Shown one piece after another: positions 39,947 to 52,927 of a stretch of 64,000 nucleotides of DNA. Position 1 is the first letter of the stretch. Every line of letters begins with the position of its first letter. Position numbers and translations under genes: made by a program. This stretch comes from Hydrolagus colliei. Taxonomy: Eukaryota. The notes under the pieces are model-generated. The model did no database searches. It was not told the DNA's origin and was given only the letters and a program-made list of their open reading frames with translations. The stretch covers positions 14,260,001 through 14,324,000 of the forward strand of contig CM068750.1 of assembly GCA_035084275.1 (NCBI GenBank), read 5' to 3'.

Positions 39947-40166
39947 CTTTTGAACAGTGCCATAGGATTTTCAATGTTCACTTGAACATGCAGACATCTC
40001 AAACATTTCAGTTTAATGTCTCATGTGAAGGGTAGACCTCAGTCCAATGCATCTGCCTCAATACTGCATTCGAACTTCAGCTTAGAGTTAAGAGTCCAAA
40101 CATGTGACTTGAACTCACAACATTCTGACTCAGAAGAAACACTGGTACCAACTGAACCAAGCTGAC
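39947..40166 (-). mobile_element. Deu-core SINE, degenerate
   Basis: agtgccataggattttcaatgttcac ... cttgaactcacaacattctgactcaga. Confidence 0.72.
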
Positions 40167-40432
40167 CCCCCATGTAAATTTTTTGGAACCAGAAATAGAA
40201 GTCATCACAACAACACTCTCAAGGGAGCGATGATACATACTCATTTAAAAGGGTCGAGCATTTATTTTAACTGAAAATCAATTTTCCTTCATTGGATATC
40301 AAGATAACCTTCAACAAATGACTTAATATTTTAATACATAGTAATGTTAACCACCAATGGCTGATGATCTGTGGTTAATCTGAGAATGTCGCAGTGTCAA
40401 ACCCGCAGTGAATAATAACAGGATCATACCAA

Positions 40433-40729
40433 GTGGAGTCCTGAGTGGTTAGAGCACTCACTTTGCAAGCAAGAGACATGGGTTTGATTCCAGATAGAGC
40501 ATAACTTTGGATAAGTTTCCTTACCCATACACCTTACAATAATCCCTCAAAAAAAAATTGGATCTCACAATCTACAACCGTTTGTGGGCTACTGCTTGTG
40601 CACAATTGGCTGCCATGTTTCACTCATAAATCTAGTTAATTAACTTTATAGTATATTCTGTGAAGTGCTTTGAGACATCTAGAAGACGTGAAAAGCGCAA
40701 TATCAAATGCAAGGAATATTATTGTTATT
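40433..40729 (+). mobile_element. Full-length tRNA-derived SINE, same family
   Basis: gtggagtcctgagtggttagagc ... ggtttgattcc ... aaatgcaaggaatattatt. Confidence 0.87.
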
Positions 40730-40807
40730 CATTTCTTTCACTTGTATTCCAAAGTGCTGCTTGATAAAGGAAAATCTTAACATGTTGTTGCATATACAGT
40801 ACTTGCT

Positions 40808-40952
40808 TGTTGTGGTACATTGCTGTGCACCATTAGCTGCTACGTTTCGCGCACAAAATAGTCAATCGACTTTACAGTACTGTATATTCTGTGAAGCACT
40901 TTGAGACATCTCAACGTCTTGATAAGGCGCTTTATCAGATACAAGGATTATT
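40808..40952 (+). mobile_element. SINE 3' half, same family
   Basis: attctgtgaagcactttgagacatc ... gataaggcgc ... aaggattatt. Confidence 0.8.
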
Positions 40953-43900
40953 AAAATACTGGATGGTTGCTTATGTAAAAATCCACTTCTGCTGTATATT
41001 TTACTCTAAAAGGACTCTAATATAGTATTATGTTGTAACAAATAATTGTTAGCTAATGTTTATCAAAAGTTGGAGTATTTATTGTTCAAGCGTTCTGAGA
41101 CGCCACGCGGCACGGAGGGTACTATACAAGTGGAAGTTGTTATTGTTCCTTGAGATAATTTAGAAAACACTAGATTTATAAGTCAAAATGAGGTGTATTT
41201 GGAGCTCATTTAAAATAGGAACATTTTATTACCATGGGTCACCAAACACAGAAAAAAAGGTTTTAGCCCCAGGACTCAAATTAAAACTATGAAATGAGAA
41301 ATACTTTGATTTTAAAAAACAGAGTTTGGCAGCCAATGTGGGACTGGGTAGTACAGCGGCTTTCTCAAGTATGTGTTAATTTATTTCTCTCCTCCCTACT
41401 GTGCGTGTATGTGTGTTTGCACTGAAAATTGATTCCTTCCATTTATATCAACAGAGAAAACATCTCCATCAGCTCTCCCTCGCTGTTCAGTGCAACAGAT
41501 GATCATCTGTAAAGACTCAGTGGCAAATGCTAAATTTAACACAGACAAACCAACACAGAGTGCCACTTTCATAGAATTCAACCCCAGGAAATATTCCCTA
41601 AAGTTTGTTGTTCTGTGGCTTGGATAGGATTTATTTTTGCCACACCCTCAGAAGTTCTTTGAGTCATTTTGAAGATTTCCTTAACTGTACATCGCGAGTT
41701 AAAGTAAAAGGTTTTTGCAAATGCAGCTAACAATTAGAATATTCTAGTTGATACTTCCTGTTGAAGGAGGTTTTAGCTTCTAGCCACAACAACTTGCATT
41801 TATATAGCACTCCTCATCCCAGAGGAGGGCTATATAAATGCCCTCCTCTGGCAGAGGTGGCAGAGCTGGCGTGAGGGGCAGTTAGCATGATTGAGCATTA
41901 CATTCCCAATGCATTCTTAACAGGCTTCTTTATAGACAGATTAGAAATACATTTACACAGCAAAATATTACCAGTTCTGAATGGAAAGGTATAGAATAAG
42001 CATCACTTTTTAAACTTTAACAGCCAGTAACATGGAAATACTCTCTGAAAAGGTCAAGTACTTACCAAATATAAACTATTTCACTCCACTATGTTCCTGC
42101 CTCTGCAAAGAACCCTTCATTGAATTAGTATAAAATGTTCTATTTCCTACACCAGTTGTTCCTGTAGCCTCCAGGTTTATTTTATTCATCAATTTTTCAT
42201 TTATCATTTTAATTTTGTTGCTAATTTCTCTCAGTCTTTTGCACTGTTTTGAAAATGGCCAGTGTTCAACTCCATTCGCTGTATATGCTAAGGCTACCAT
42301 TAAAGACTCCATTCAACCCTTACAATGGTTACTTTGTTGACTTTCTGCAGTTTGCAGCTCACTGTGCATCACTCTGTATCATGCCTGGTCTTTCTCAAAA
42401 TCTTTCAACCAAATTTAGAAAGCAGTAGAATCAGAATGGATAATGCTCTCCCTGCAACTGTTCACAACCAAATTGCAGTTCCCTTAAACACTTGTGGATG
42501 CTTTGGAGCCAGAACAAATTATTTCTTTATACATAAAAAATAAACAAATCATTACTCAACGTTTTAATAATGAATTATACCATCAAGAACATATACAGAG
42601 CGCCACTTTTTAAAAGCATCACTTTTTCAAAATCAAACTTAAATGTGAAATATGTCTAACTTAGAAAATGCATGTTGTGCAAACTTTTTTCTCCCCATTG
42701 TTTGGAAATAATTGCAGTTTCCTTGTTGCTGATATGGCAAATATAATATTTTATCTAGTGTTGCTCTAGTTGAAAGAACTGGTAGACGAGACAGAACTCA
42801 GTATCTAACTGATGTCCATAAATAAATATGAAGTGTAAATTTCCAATAACACAGATGGGTAAACTACTATACTGAGGCCATTGCTGTGTAGTGTACATTT
42901 TGATTTTATTTTTGGATTGAATGGCAATGTAAATCACCCTTTGTTTTCCTTTGCAAATACAACTTTTAAAATTAGTCAAAAATAATTCGTCAAGAATAAA
43001 ATGTTACAAGTGACAGTATTTTGTCTTGTTATAGTTTATCAAGGAAATGCAGTCAGCTATACTGTTATACTGCTGTTGATTGATGTGGCCTTTCCAATAA
43101 ACTGGGACTGCCAAGTATTTCAACAGCACTATGATCACAGAGCAGTGATTGCACTGTCCACCCCACATAGATGGGTGGGAAGAGGTTTTTGCCCTGAAAC
43201 ACTTTTGTTAAGTTTTGCTTGCCATGGTTAACTCTAGTTTCTTCCCCCATTTTTAATCAAATCACCGGAAATTGAAAGATTCGCCAGCAGAGTTGCCAAA
43301 AAAGTTGTCTGTCTCTGGTATTATCCCAGAATAGCCAGTTCCATACTGTGTATTGGAAAATCCCACGGAGGCTCTCGGATAAAACGTGCCAAATAAAAAC
43401 AGTACAAAGCCTAAGTGGAAACTTTATCTGTGCATTGAGTATCGGAGTACGTGCATTAAGTTTGTCCTTGAAGAAACACAAACTAAAAACTGGGTCAAGT
43501 AGCAGGTTGCTTGTGGCCTTTCACTTTTGGGTTCTGGATTGAAAACCAGCCCAGACAGTTGGAATGAAAGTTTTGTTCTCTGATGACTTGTAAGTACTGT
43601 ACTGTATCCTACTATATAAAACTTGTTTGGGCAGTCTCAAACAGTTTTGAACTGCTTAAAACAGCACAAATGTATAAATCCCTGGGGTCATAGGCTGTGG
43701 GTGTGTTGTGGGAAATGCAAAAAAAAAGTAGACCGATGTATTAGGAGGTGCCCTTGTAAGGTTAGAGTTAATAGTGTCATATTATGAACTTGGCACCAAA
43801 TTGTTGGTACAATGCTGCCAAATCCAAACTCAGCTCATTTAACTCACCCCCCGTGAGCCTTACTTAAAAAGGGGCTCTGAAATAGGATAGTAATGTGCCA

Positions 43901-44354
43901 ACTCTAAAAACCGGAGCTGGTAAAGGGCTCTAGAAACTGATATACTGTATATTGTGACAGTAGAGCCACAAATCCAACCTTCCTCAAGCTTGTATTGAAT
44001 ACGCACATCAGTAAGCAAATTTAATGTGATCAGGCAATTCACTGAGCTTCACAAAGCGACATTCCCTGTTTCTCCATAAGTACCATGACACAGCAAATGA
44101 ATAGGATCATATACATGGAAACTACATTTTGTTTCCTCTGCAATGTTCTCAGGTCCAACCTCAGTCAAGCACCCCTAACACATAACATTTTCCCACAACA
44201 GTAATCAGTAGCCTCTTCGAAGATGATTACCGTAAGTTAGTAAATAAATTGAACCATATAGTGTACTGAGTGCAATCTGTAATGTTATCTGTATGAAAGA
44301 CTCTGAAGTACTTTGAGACATTTCAACGTGATAAGGAGCTATACCAATTATAAT

Positions 44355-44700
44355 ATAATAATCCTTGCATTTGATATAGCGCCTTATCACATTTTCAAGA
44401 CATCTCAAAGCGCTTCATAGAATAGACTGTAAAGTGAATTGATTATATTTTGTGGGCAAAATACAGCAACCAATTGTACATGGCAGTGTCCCACAAACAA
44501 TCGTGGATTAATTGAACTTTTTTTTTAAAAAAGGAATTATTACCCCTGGATAAACAATCCGCCAATCCAGGTTTTTGCTAAGTAGGTAAGTAGAGGAATA
44601 TGGAGTAAGGAAACTTGCCCATTGTTTCTCCCTGCCTGGAATCGAACCCAGGCTTCTCGTTTGTGAAGCAGGCCTCTAACCACTAAGCTACAGGACTCCG
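44355..44700 (-). mobile_element. Full-length tRNA-derived SINE, same family
   Basis: Reverse-complement head ggagtcctgtagcttagtggttagag, B box ggttcgattcc, tail aaatgcaaggattatta. Confidence 0.9.
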
Positions 44701-45283
44701 TAGCTTACGGTATAGCACAGTACCACATCTTCGAGACATTTCAATGTGTTTATTTGACCTATATAATAACTACAATGTATACATTGGGTGTATTCTGCTG
44801 TGTTACCTTATTTATAAGAACAATAGAGAACTGAATACAATCTGCACAATAGCTACTGGCTGGAATCTGAATTGAGTTGGCCCATTTCACAGTACTCTTA
44901 CAGTCAAGAGACACTGAAGCCTTTTATCTAATTACTCTGTGCTGTATTCAAACTTAGTCTCCTGAGGTGAACGGCCAGTCGAACCCGCTTTACCACCCAA
45001 TCCCTCTTGTTAAGCGAGTTATTTTGGGTGTTACAAGCAGAATGTCACTAATGCTTCAAGGTCTTGATTGATGGCTCAGAAAGTAAACGCACCACCAGTG
45101 TCTAGTTTCAGCCTCTCATTTGGACTACTTTAGCTAATTTCTACAGGGGCAGGAGTGGGGACAATAATTGGCCCTAATTTCAGACCTTTGACAAGAACTG
45201 TATTTAATAAGGGGCAAGAAGAGCTGGAAAATACATATTTCAATTGTCTGGCTCTGTGGAAGTTGAAATGCTTTACAACAGTT

Positions 45284-45761
45284 AATAGTATTTATATCGC
45301 AATACTTAAATGTGCACATTATCAAGATGCCATAAAGCACTACACATGATTTACTGTAAAGTGTGGGGACTGTGAATTTGTGGGTGAACGCAATGGTCAA
45401 TTTATGCACAGCAATATCCCACAAACAGCCATCAAGTGAATGATCAATTTTATTAGGGATTTTCAGTTTGAGCACTACGAGAAACTCTTTCTTGAATAGT
45501 CCCATGGGAACTTCCAGGCGGTTGAATGTTTTGTCCAAAGGACGACACCTCAGACAATGCAGTGCTCCCCCAGTCTAGACCATGAGCTCAAAATCCCTGA
45601 TGTGGGGCTTGAACCCATAACCTCTGACTTATTCTTCAACAATAACAACAACCACAACAACATTACCTCTGTATAGCACCTTTCACGTCGAGAGGCTGTC
45701 CCAAGGCGCTGCAAAGTTGCAAAGTCTCAACTTCAGAGGTGAGAGTGCTACAAACTGAGCC
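45284..45761 (-). mobile_element. Deu-core SINE, near full length, interrupted by an L2 tail
   Basis: gaatagtcccatggga, ggacgacacctcagacaatgcagtgctccc, ggggcttgaacccataacctctgac ... agaggtgagagtgcta. Confidence 0.78.
45637..45711 (-). mobile_element. L2 tail-only insertion nested in a Deu-SINE head
   Basis: Reverse complement starts cagcgccttggg; the host SINE resumes at about 45732. Confidence 0.82.
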
Positions 45762-46016
45762 TCTGAATTTGTAAAGGGAGATCAAGCAAAGAGGACTGGG
45801 AATGATAGTAGACCCATTACATACAACAGTACATATATACAATAGCACTAAAATGTAGGAAAATAATTTACAAAAAAGTAAACCAAACGCTGCAACACAT
45901 TGTTCTAACCTGGAATACAAGTACCCACAGTCTCTAAATGTCAGAACAAATATGCACTAAGTGTTTAGCTCTGGTCACCACAGTTTCAAAGATGTAGTCA
46001 ACACGTTTACATATGC

Positions 46017-46148
46017 AAACACAAAAATTACATTCATACAGCACCTTTCACATCTGGAGGACGTCTCAAGGCACTGAGCAGCCAAGAATTTGAACCCAAG
46101 TGGTGGGTGTGGGAGAGTGGAGGGCAGGAGGATGGCCAAAGGCGCAGA
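46017..46148 (-). mobile_element. L2 LINE 3' end
   Basis: aattacattcatacagcacctttcacatctggaggacgtctcaaggcactg...gaacccaag. Confidence 0.8.
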
Positions 46149-46222
46149 TCTTGTTGCAATGACACAAACATGCTATAAAGACACAAAAGTCCACCAGCAA
46201 ACAAACAACAAGAACTATGTGG

Positions 46223-46739
46223 AACAAAAACAGACAACACAGGGAACACTCAATAGGTCAGGCAGCATCTATAGAGAAAGGAAAGTGAATCAACGTTTCA
46301 GGTCCATGACCACTCATTAGAACTGGGGTATGTTAGGAGGGAGAGGCTTTTAAGAACAAAGAGTGGGGTGGCAGGATAAGGAAGACAAAGGGGGTATAGG
46401 ACAGGAGATGATGGGTTAAAGAGATGTTAATGGTGCAAAACAAAGGGAGGGATTGCAACAAAATAGGAGAAAGGAGGTGTTAATAATATAAAACAATGGG
46501 AGGGAGAAATTGCAACAGAGCAGACCAGAGAGAGAAAAGGTGTGTCTGGGACCCAGATGATGTGGTAATCCACCTCTTTGTTAGTCCTTCAAAGCCTCTC
46601 CCTCCTAACATGCCCTAGTTCTGTCAAAGTATTATGAACCCAAAACGTTGATTCACTTTCCTTTCTCTACAGATGCTGTCTGACCTGCTGAGTGTTCCCA
46701 GCGACTTCTGTTTTTGTTTCAGATATCCAGCATTTTGCA
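46223..46739. mobile_element. Penelope-like element remnant: two inverted pseudo-LTR copies around a purine-rich spacer
   Basis: 46223-46350 is the imperfect reverse complement of 46591-46719; contains aaacgttgattcactttcctttctctacagatgctgtctgacctgctgag, which resembles chondrichthyan PLE ends. Confidence 0.75.
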
Positions 46740-46769
46740 AGAATTATGTGGAGGCTGAAGCTGGTAAAG

Positions 46770-46918
46770 ATAATAATAACCGTGGCATTTTTTTTATAAG
46801 TAACACCTTATCATGTCTTTGAGATGCCTCAAAGAGTTTTATAGTATTATAAAGTGGATTGACTGTGTATTTTGTGGGTGAAACGCAACAGCTAATCGCA
46901 CACGGCAGTGCCCCAAAT
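46770..46918 (-). mobile_element. SINE 3' half
   Basis: ccttatcatgtctttgagatgcctcaaag ... cgcacacggcagtgcccc. Confidence 0.78.
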
Positions 46919-49900
46919 ATGTACACAGATGCACAAGAGATGGAGAATGAAAACAGATGGCAGAAAAAAAAGGCTGTGAATGAATGAAGGAGGTAGATAT
47001 GAAGTTAACTTAGAAAGGAACACATGGAGATGGTAGGAGAATAATGAGCTAGGAATCCAGCGTAGTATTCAGTGCCCCCTACATGTACAGTTTGGATATG
47101 TAAGGTTTTAAGGATGATAGGCTGATCTTTAATTAAATAAGGTGTACTTATTTTATTGCTGAGTTACAATGAATGAACAACATGAAAACGTTACAAATAC
47201 ATTTTTGAAGGAGAGAGAAATGAATTTGCGGAAACATGATGAACAGCGGTACTAGGAAATTGAATACTTTTTCCCACTTTACAACAAATATCAGGATCCA
47301 GGGATCGCAATCAATTGTTGTATGAGTCAGAGGCATTACAAAGCTGCATTTATTTTGCCCCAATAAACCCAGAAAAATACTCTCCAAAGCAACAGTGATT
47401 TTTTTCACTTCATATTCCAGTCACTTTTATAATATGAACAAGATAGCAAACCTAGTCCTATTTGAAGGCAAATTATGGTCAGTTTTGTATGGGGAGACAT
47501 TTGGAATTGGATGGAAACTGTCAAAGCTCATCCCATCTAGGACCCTTGCAGTCAATTCCAATAAAAAACAATTCCATCAATTTGACTGGATTCAAACTCA
47601 GATCGCAAAGATGAAAGGACTGCCAACCCATTCACCCTCCCGTCTCCCAAGATCATGCCCCAGCACTAACAATATTAATATAAGATATATATTTATTCAT
47701 ATGTAAAATGCTTATGCATGACAAAAATACTGAAATGTTATTAAGGTAGAGAGAAGTGTAGAAGCTATATTTGGTGGTTGAGGTTGTACAGATTATTTAT
47801 ATAAAATCAAGAAACATAACTTTCTATGAATAGCCTTATGTTTCACCACAAGCACAGGAAAGAGGTGCAAACTTAAGTCATTTCTTGAACCTTAAATATA
47901 TTTACGAAATATATTTACTCTTCTACATGCAGTAAATAATTGATCTCTCCACGTCTCACTCTGACACAACACTGCATCTCCAATCTCCATTTCCAAATCC
48001 AGTGCGTACGATTTTCCATTCCTGTGAGCTCTAATTTATAAGCTGCCAAAACTGAACCAAGTTCAAACAAGTTGCACCCCCAACTCGACAAATGTTTAGC
48101 AAGGAGACAGCCAAAAGCGGTATCCCTGCTTCTGGCCTCTAGCAGAGATTGACAGCATTTGAAAACCTACCAAAGCATCTATGTTCCAATTTTATCGTGT
48201 TTACAAGGAGAAAAAAAATGAAGGCAGGAGGAATGTGGCTAAAAAGCAAGCTGTAAAACATGGAAAATGAATACATGCGAGTCTCGTGATTAACAAGAAG
48301 TTAAACAGCTATATGGTTTACAATCAGATCTTAAAAATACATACTTTCTACATGTATGCACATAATGTAAAGTAGCAGTCACTGTGGTTGAAGGATTGAA
48401 AGCAATTCGGCAACATGCTGGACATAACATTTAAAGTAAAACACTGGATAAATCAAAATGTACAAATTCCAAGAGATATGTATCAAGGAACAAAGAAAAA
48501 AAGTAAAAAGCAAAGCCAATGATTATAGTGACTGATTTTTCTGCAAGAGATTAACCCATCTTTTAAGGACGACATGACAATTTCTGAGTCTCTTTTAATT
48601 AAAGTGTACACATTGGAGTTTGGAAAAACTGCTTGCTTCATCTACTTGGCAATGGATAAAGTAAGCATAGCCAGCATAATTAAAAAGGCAGTGGATGAAA
48701 ACATGGTCAGCATTGTTCATTGAATAACTAATGTCGTAAACATGCTCAGGATTGCTTAATATACTCAGTCTCATTAGAACAGCAAAAAGCAATGAACAAC
48801 TCTTTAATGGTGCAGCACAAACTAGCAAATACTTTGCCATTGATAATGGAGTTGGTTTTATACAAGCTATTTCTTTGCAGTTCATGCCAGCCACAACTCT
48901 GTTCAACCTTTTCCAGCTGCCTGAGTAACATGCAATTTTCAGTCCAATTGTACCAGAAGTTATCGAATAGTTGAGGGAGGAAAAAGTGGACACTCTTGAT
49001 CTCTACGCTGTTTGAAAAGCCTTGCATATTTTTGCCAGTAAGCCCTGTCCCCCCAAATGAACCCCTGTGTGTTCAGCCTCTGTTGTCACAGTCCACCAAA
49101 ATCCAACCTTGACTCTAAGTTCATAATAAGGAAGACAGAGGTAATTTACATCTACTTTGAATGGACTCACAATATCAGTGTCCGTAGTTTCAACTAAATA
49201 CAAGAAAGGCAAACAAAGATACCAATCTACACCTTTTCAGAAATGTAATCATTTAGGAAATAGATTTGAAACCATCAATTCCTTTCCGCTCATTAGACCA
49301 CAAAGAGCAACTGTGTAATAATGGATGGGCGTTAGATTGCCCAAGATCAATCCTTTCCATTATTGAACAGGCACCAAATCTCCATCAATGAATGTATTTC
49401 AAACCAGTATCCTTTCGGCCATCTTGTTAACTGTGCTGGATGGCCACAGGAGCAAATTAAAAACTGCAATCAGTTTCATGGGTTAATTTTTAGCTTGCGC
49501 TAAGTACAGGGAAAATTGCCAACTGAAGAATGATGGGAAATGAAACCTTGCCAAGTACAAACTGCCAGCATTAAGCAGTCCTGACAGCTCTGCTTCTTAT
49601 AAACTTGGCAGCAGTTCAAAGTGCTTTTTCAATTGAAATGCTGGAACCTTGCCACGTGCATGCAGATTTGCTTTGCCTCTTCTCATAAGGAACTGATAAA
49701 TGCCGTTCTAAGTAACCATGGAAACCCGAGGATATCAGAATGGCCTTGTGATCTACTGCCTCCCTCCCGTCTCTTTGGTTTCTCGACAGTGAAAACACAG
49801 CACCAAATCGAGTAAGATTCTGGGTTCATACAACACATGTGTATAGCAGTCGAAAGGTTTAAACTCAAAACTCAACAGATCGCAGCTGGATGATATATCC

Positions 49901-50087
49901 TCAGTTAATTCCTATTAAGGGAAAAAAAACTAATGCTGTGGTTGTGCGGCTAACAGTTTTTTTTACCTGGATCTCGCTGGATGTCTGCCTCCAGTTGCCA
50001 TGACAACCCCGATCTCTCCAGTATCAGTCTTTTCCTGATTATTTAGAATCTCTTCCAAAAAATTCCCATTTCCTGTAGGAACAGAGA

Positions 50088-50106
50088 GGGGGGGGGGGGG
50101 GGGGGG
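50088..50106. repeat. Poly-G tract
   Basis: Seen directly. Confidence 0.9.
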
Positions 50107-50403
50107 AGAAACGCTATTAGCTTTCACAATCTGCTAGAGTAAACAAATAATTTGGTTACTCCAATCATCTGAAATCTAGGTCAAGGGACTGTAGAGATGT
50201 CCAAACTGAAAATAAACCATAAACTTTATTTAATTGTCCCAGCTTTAATGACATTCATTTGCCATAAATACATCTCCTGGTCAAATAGACCAACAATTCC
50301 CCTAAGACAGCATCATAAATAATTGTTCCACACTTGTATCAAAGGTGCAATTTATTTGATTTAACCTATATTGTCAGTGGGGAGCAAAAAAAGAAAAATC
50401 TAG

Positions 50404-50585
50404 ATAATAATAATAATAATATCCTTGCATTTGATTTAGCACTTGCCACGTTTTCAAGACGTCTCAAAGTGCTTCACAGAATATACTGTAAAGTGAATTG
50501 ACTGTATACAGTATATGTGGGCGAAACGCAGCAGCCAGTTGCGCACAGCAGTGTCCCACAAACAGTCATGTTTTGAAATGACCAT
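50404..50585 (-). mobile_element. SINE 3' half
   Basis: atccttgcatttgatttagcac ... gcagccagttgcgcacagcagtgtcccacaaac. Confidence 0.87.
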
Positions 50586-52074
50586 GTTACTATTTTTCTT
50601 TTAAGTAGGATTTTAAGTAAAGGGAGCAGCTGGATCAGAAGAGTTGCAGCTTAGTTCAGTGTTTTAACAGAACTCTAGATTTACAAATTGTAGAATATTT
50701 GGTTACTTAATCTCTCTGGGTTGGACTGTTACATTTCCTAGATGTTAACACATTAGTTTCCTTAACGCTATCACTTGAATGTTGCTAATATTCACTTGAA
50801 CCAGGAGTAGCTGAAATCCTATATTTGGAATTCATGTAATATAATTCATTCACACTAGTATGAGAAGCTGCTTCATTTAAAACTGCTCTAAGTTCCAGCA
50901 ACAATAATGCTAAGCTGCTCCGTTTACACAGCACCACATAGTGGCATCCTGATCAAACCTTGCTATTTACAGTGCTTTGATTTTAAGCTTAAAGACTGGA
51001 TGCTGAATTTTCAGAGCAATGGTTCAATTTTTCAGGATTCCACTGCCCTCTCCTTTTTTATGCATTGGTTTTTCTTCATATAAATACAAGCTTAGAGAAG
51101 TGTTCCACGCGAGCTCTGCTCTTCCCACCTCAAATGCTGACCTTTTCAACCTGCCTGCTTAAAATTGCACAGCAATGCTCATGCTGTAATGCAGTGAAGA
51201 GTTTGAGTGCAAGCTACCTCCAGGAAACGGGATGTTCTGTCCTGATTTGAGGTCAGTATTCAGTATCAATACACAGTATTGTGTCAATACGTACGCAACA
51301 GTATTGTGCTTAAATAAGTTCTGAACTGCACAATTATCACAAGCTATAATTTGTGTACTCAATTCAAACTGGAGAAAACTCAGGAGCAAATGACAAATCC
51401 ACCTGCATAAACTGCATAACTACAGCTAGGCTCAGAGGTAAAAATAACTAGCAATGCGGGAAGATGCTAAATTGAAGGCCAGTGTCCACACACCACGGAT
51501 AAGGTAAGGCTCTGTGTTTGGAAATTTTAGAACGTCTTTTCTCTCAAAGAAATTTCAGGCAGAAACTGCTTGAGCTTCTGTTGATGTTCACCCCAGAAAG
51601 TCACGCTACTTCACAATATATCCTGTTATGCATTTCTGGACATCCTCCGGAAACAAGCTATGCCAAATGCAAGATTATTATAAAGTCTTATTATTAATGC
51701 ATCTGTGACCACCTCATTCAGTTATCTAAAGGAGATATTTTACTGAATGTGTAGAGATGATATTTACTCCAAATCCTTGTGATCCTTAGAAAGAGGGGTT
51801 ATTCCTCACATGCCAGGACAGAATAACACTCACCAACAAACATGTCTAAAGTTTTAAACAATAAATGGATACAAAATTTCTGGGATGAACCTGAAAAGCT
51901 AAACTTAGTCCCACACATACAGACCAATATCCTTAAAAAGTGAAACTTAAAACATTGGGAAAATTAACATTTGAAGAAATCAAGCAACAGGAAACACATA
52001 AACGGTGTTGCACTGTATGGAGACAGAAAAAAACAGAAGGGCTAAAATTTTTAGGTGGGTATTTCATTCATTCA

Positions 52075-52387
52075 AGTGTGTTGGATTGTTGGAAATGTCA
52101 TCATTTGAACGAGACGTTAAATCAATGTCCCGTTTGGTTGTTCAGATGGACATTAAAGAACCCATAGCATTTTTTGTAAAGAGATGGGAGTTTCTTCCTG
52201 GCCAACAAATACCCCAAATGAAACTGGTCACACACTCCATGGCTGATTGTGGGGCATTGCTATGCGGAATTGGCTGCCACCTTTTGCACACAAAATTCAG
52301 TCAACCACTTCACAGTATATCCTGTGAAGCACACTGAGAGATCAACGACATGATAAGATGCTATATCAAATGCAAGCATTATTATTC
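52075..52387 (+). mobile_element. Deu-core SINE 3' part
   Basis: gagacgttaaa ... gatggacattaaagaacccatagc ... aaatgcaagcattattatt. Confidence 0.78.
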
Positions 52388-52927
52388 CGCATTCGATTCC
52401 ACAATGCTTCCACAGGGAGAATAAAGGAACTGGGACCCAGAAGGCAGCTGAGCACAACTTTGGCAAGAGAAGGCCTTTCCTCATATTTAAGTTGAGGCAG
52501 CAATTCTTGGCACAGGCTAGTTGTAAACAGGTTACTCCAAGTTGCTGCCCTAAAGATATCGTGGAGCGCTATTTGTCTAAATATTAGGCAATGCATGAGT
52601 AATTCATTTTTAGATTCCCCATCTGCTGGCTGAAAGCACAGTAAAATGTACTTGATCAATCAATGCGTCAGTCTCTAAACACTTGAGTACCTAGAGCGGG
52701 GTGGCATACGGCATAAACAGTTCGGCCGAAAGCAGATTTAGCAGAATCTCATATGTGATTTCTTGAGGCAAGTGGAGCTCTGACAACACATTGGGCAGCA
52801 GTTTTTAATGTGGCCAAGCACAGTTCTGTCTTGATAGCCAATGAATACAGTCGATGCTCACCATTAAAAATCCTCTCGGGACCAGCACAAAAGACTGTTA
52901 TATCAGGGGATTCACTAAAGTAGGGTT

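Noticed and set aside
47893-47918. 13-nt tandem duplication aaatatatttac
   Set aside because: Ordinary slippage in AT-rich DNA with no further structure
48595-48993. 132-aa ORF
   Set aside because: No recognisable homology, non-ATG start, composition typical of non-coding DNA
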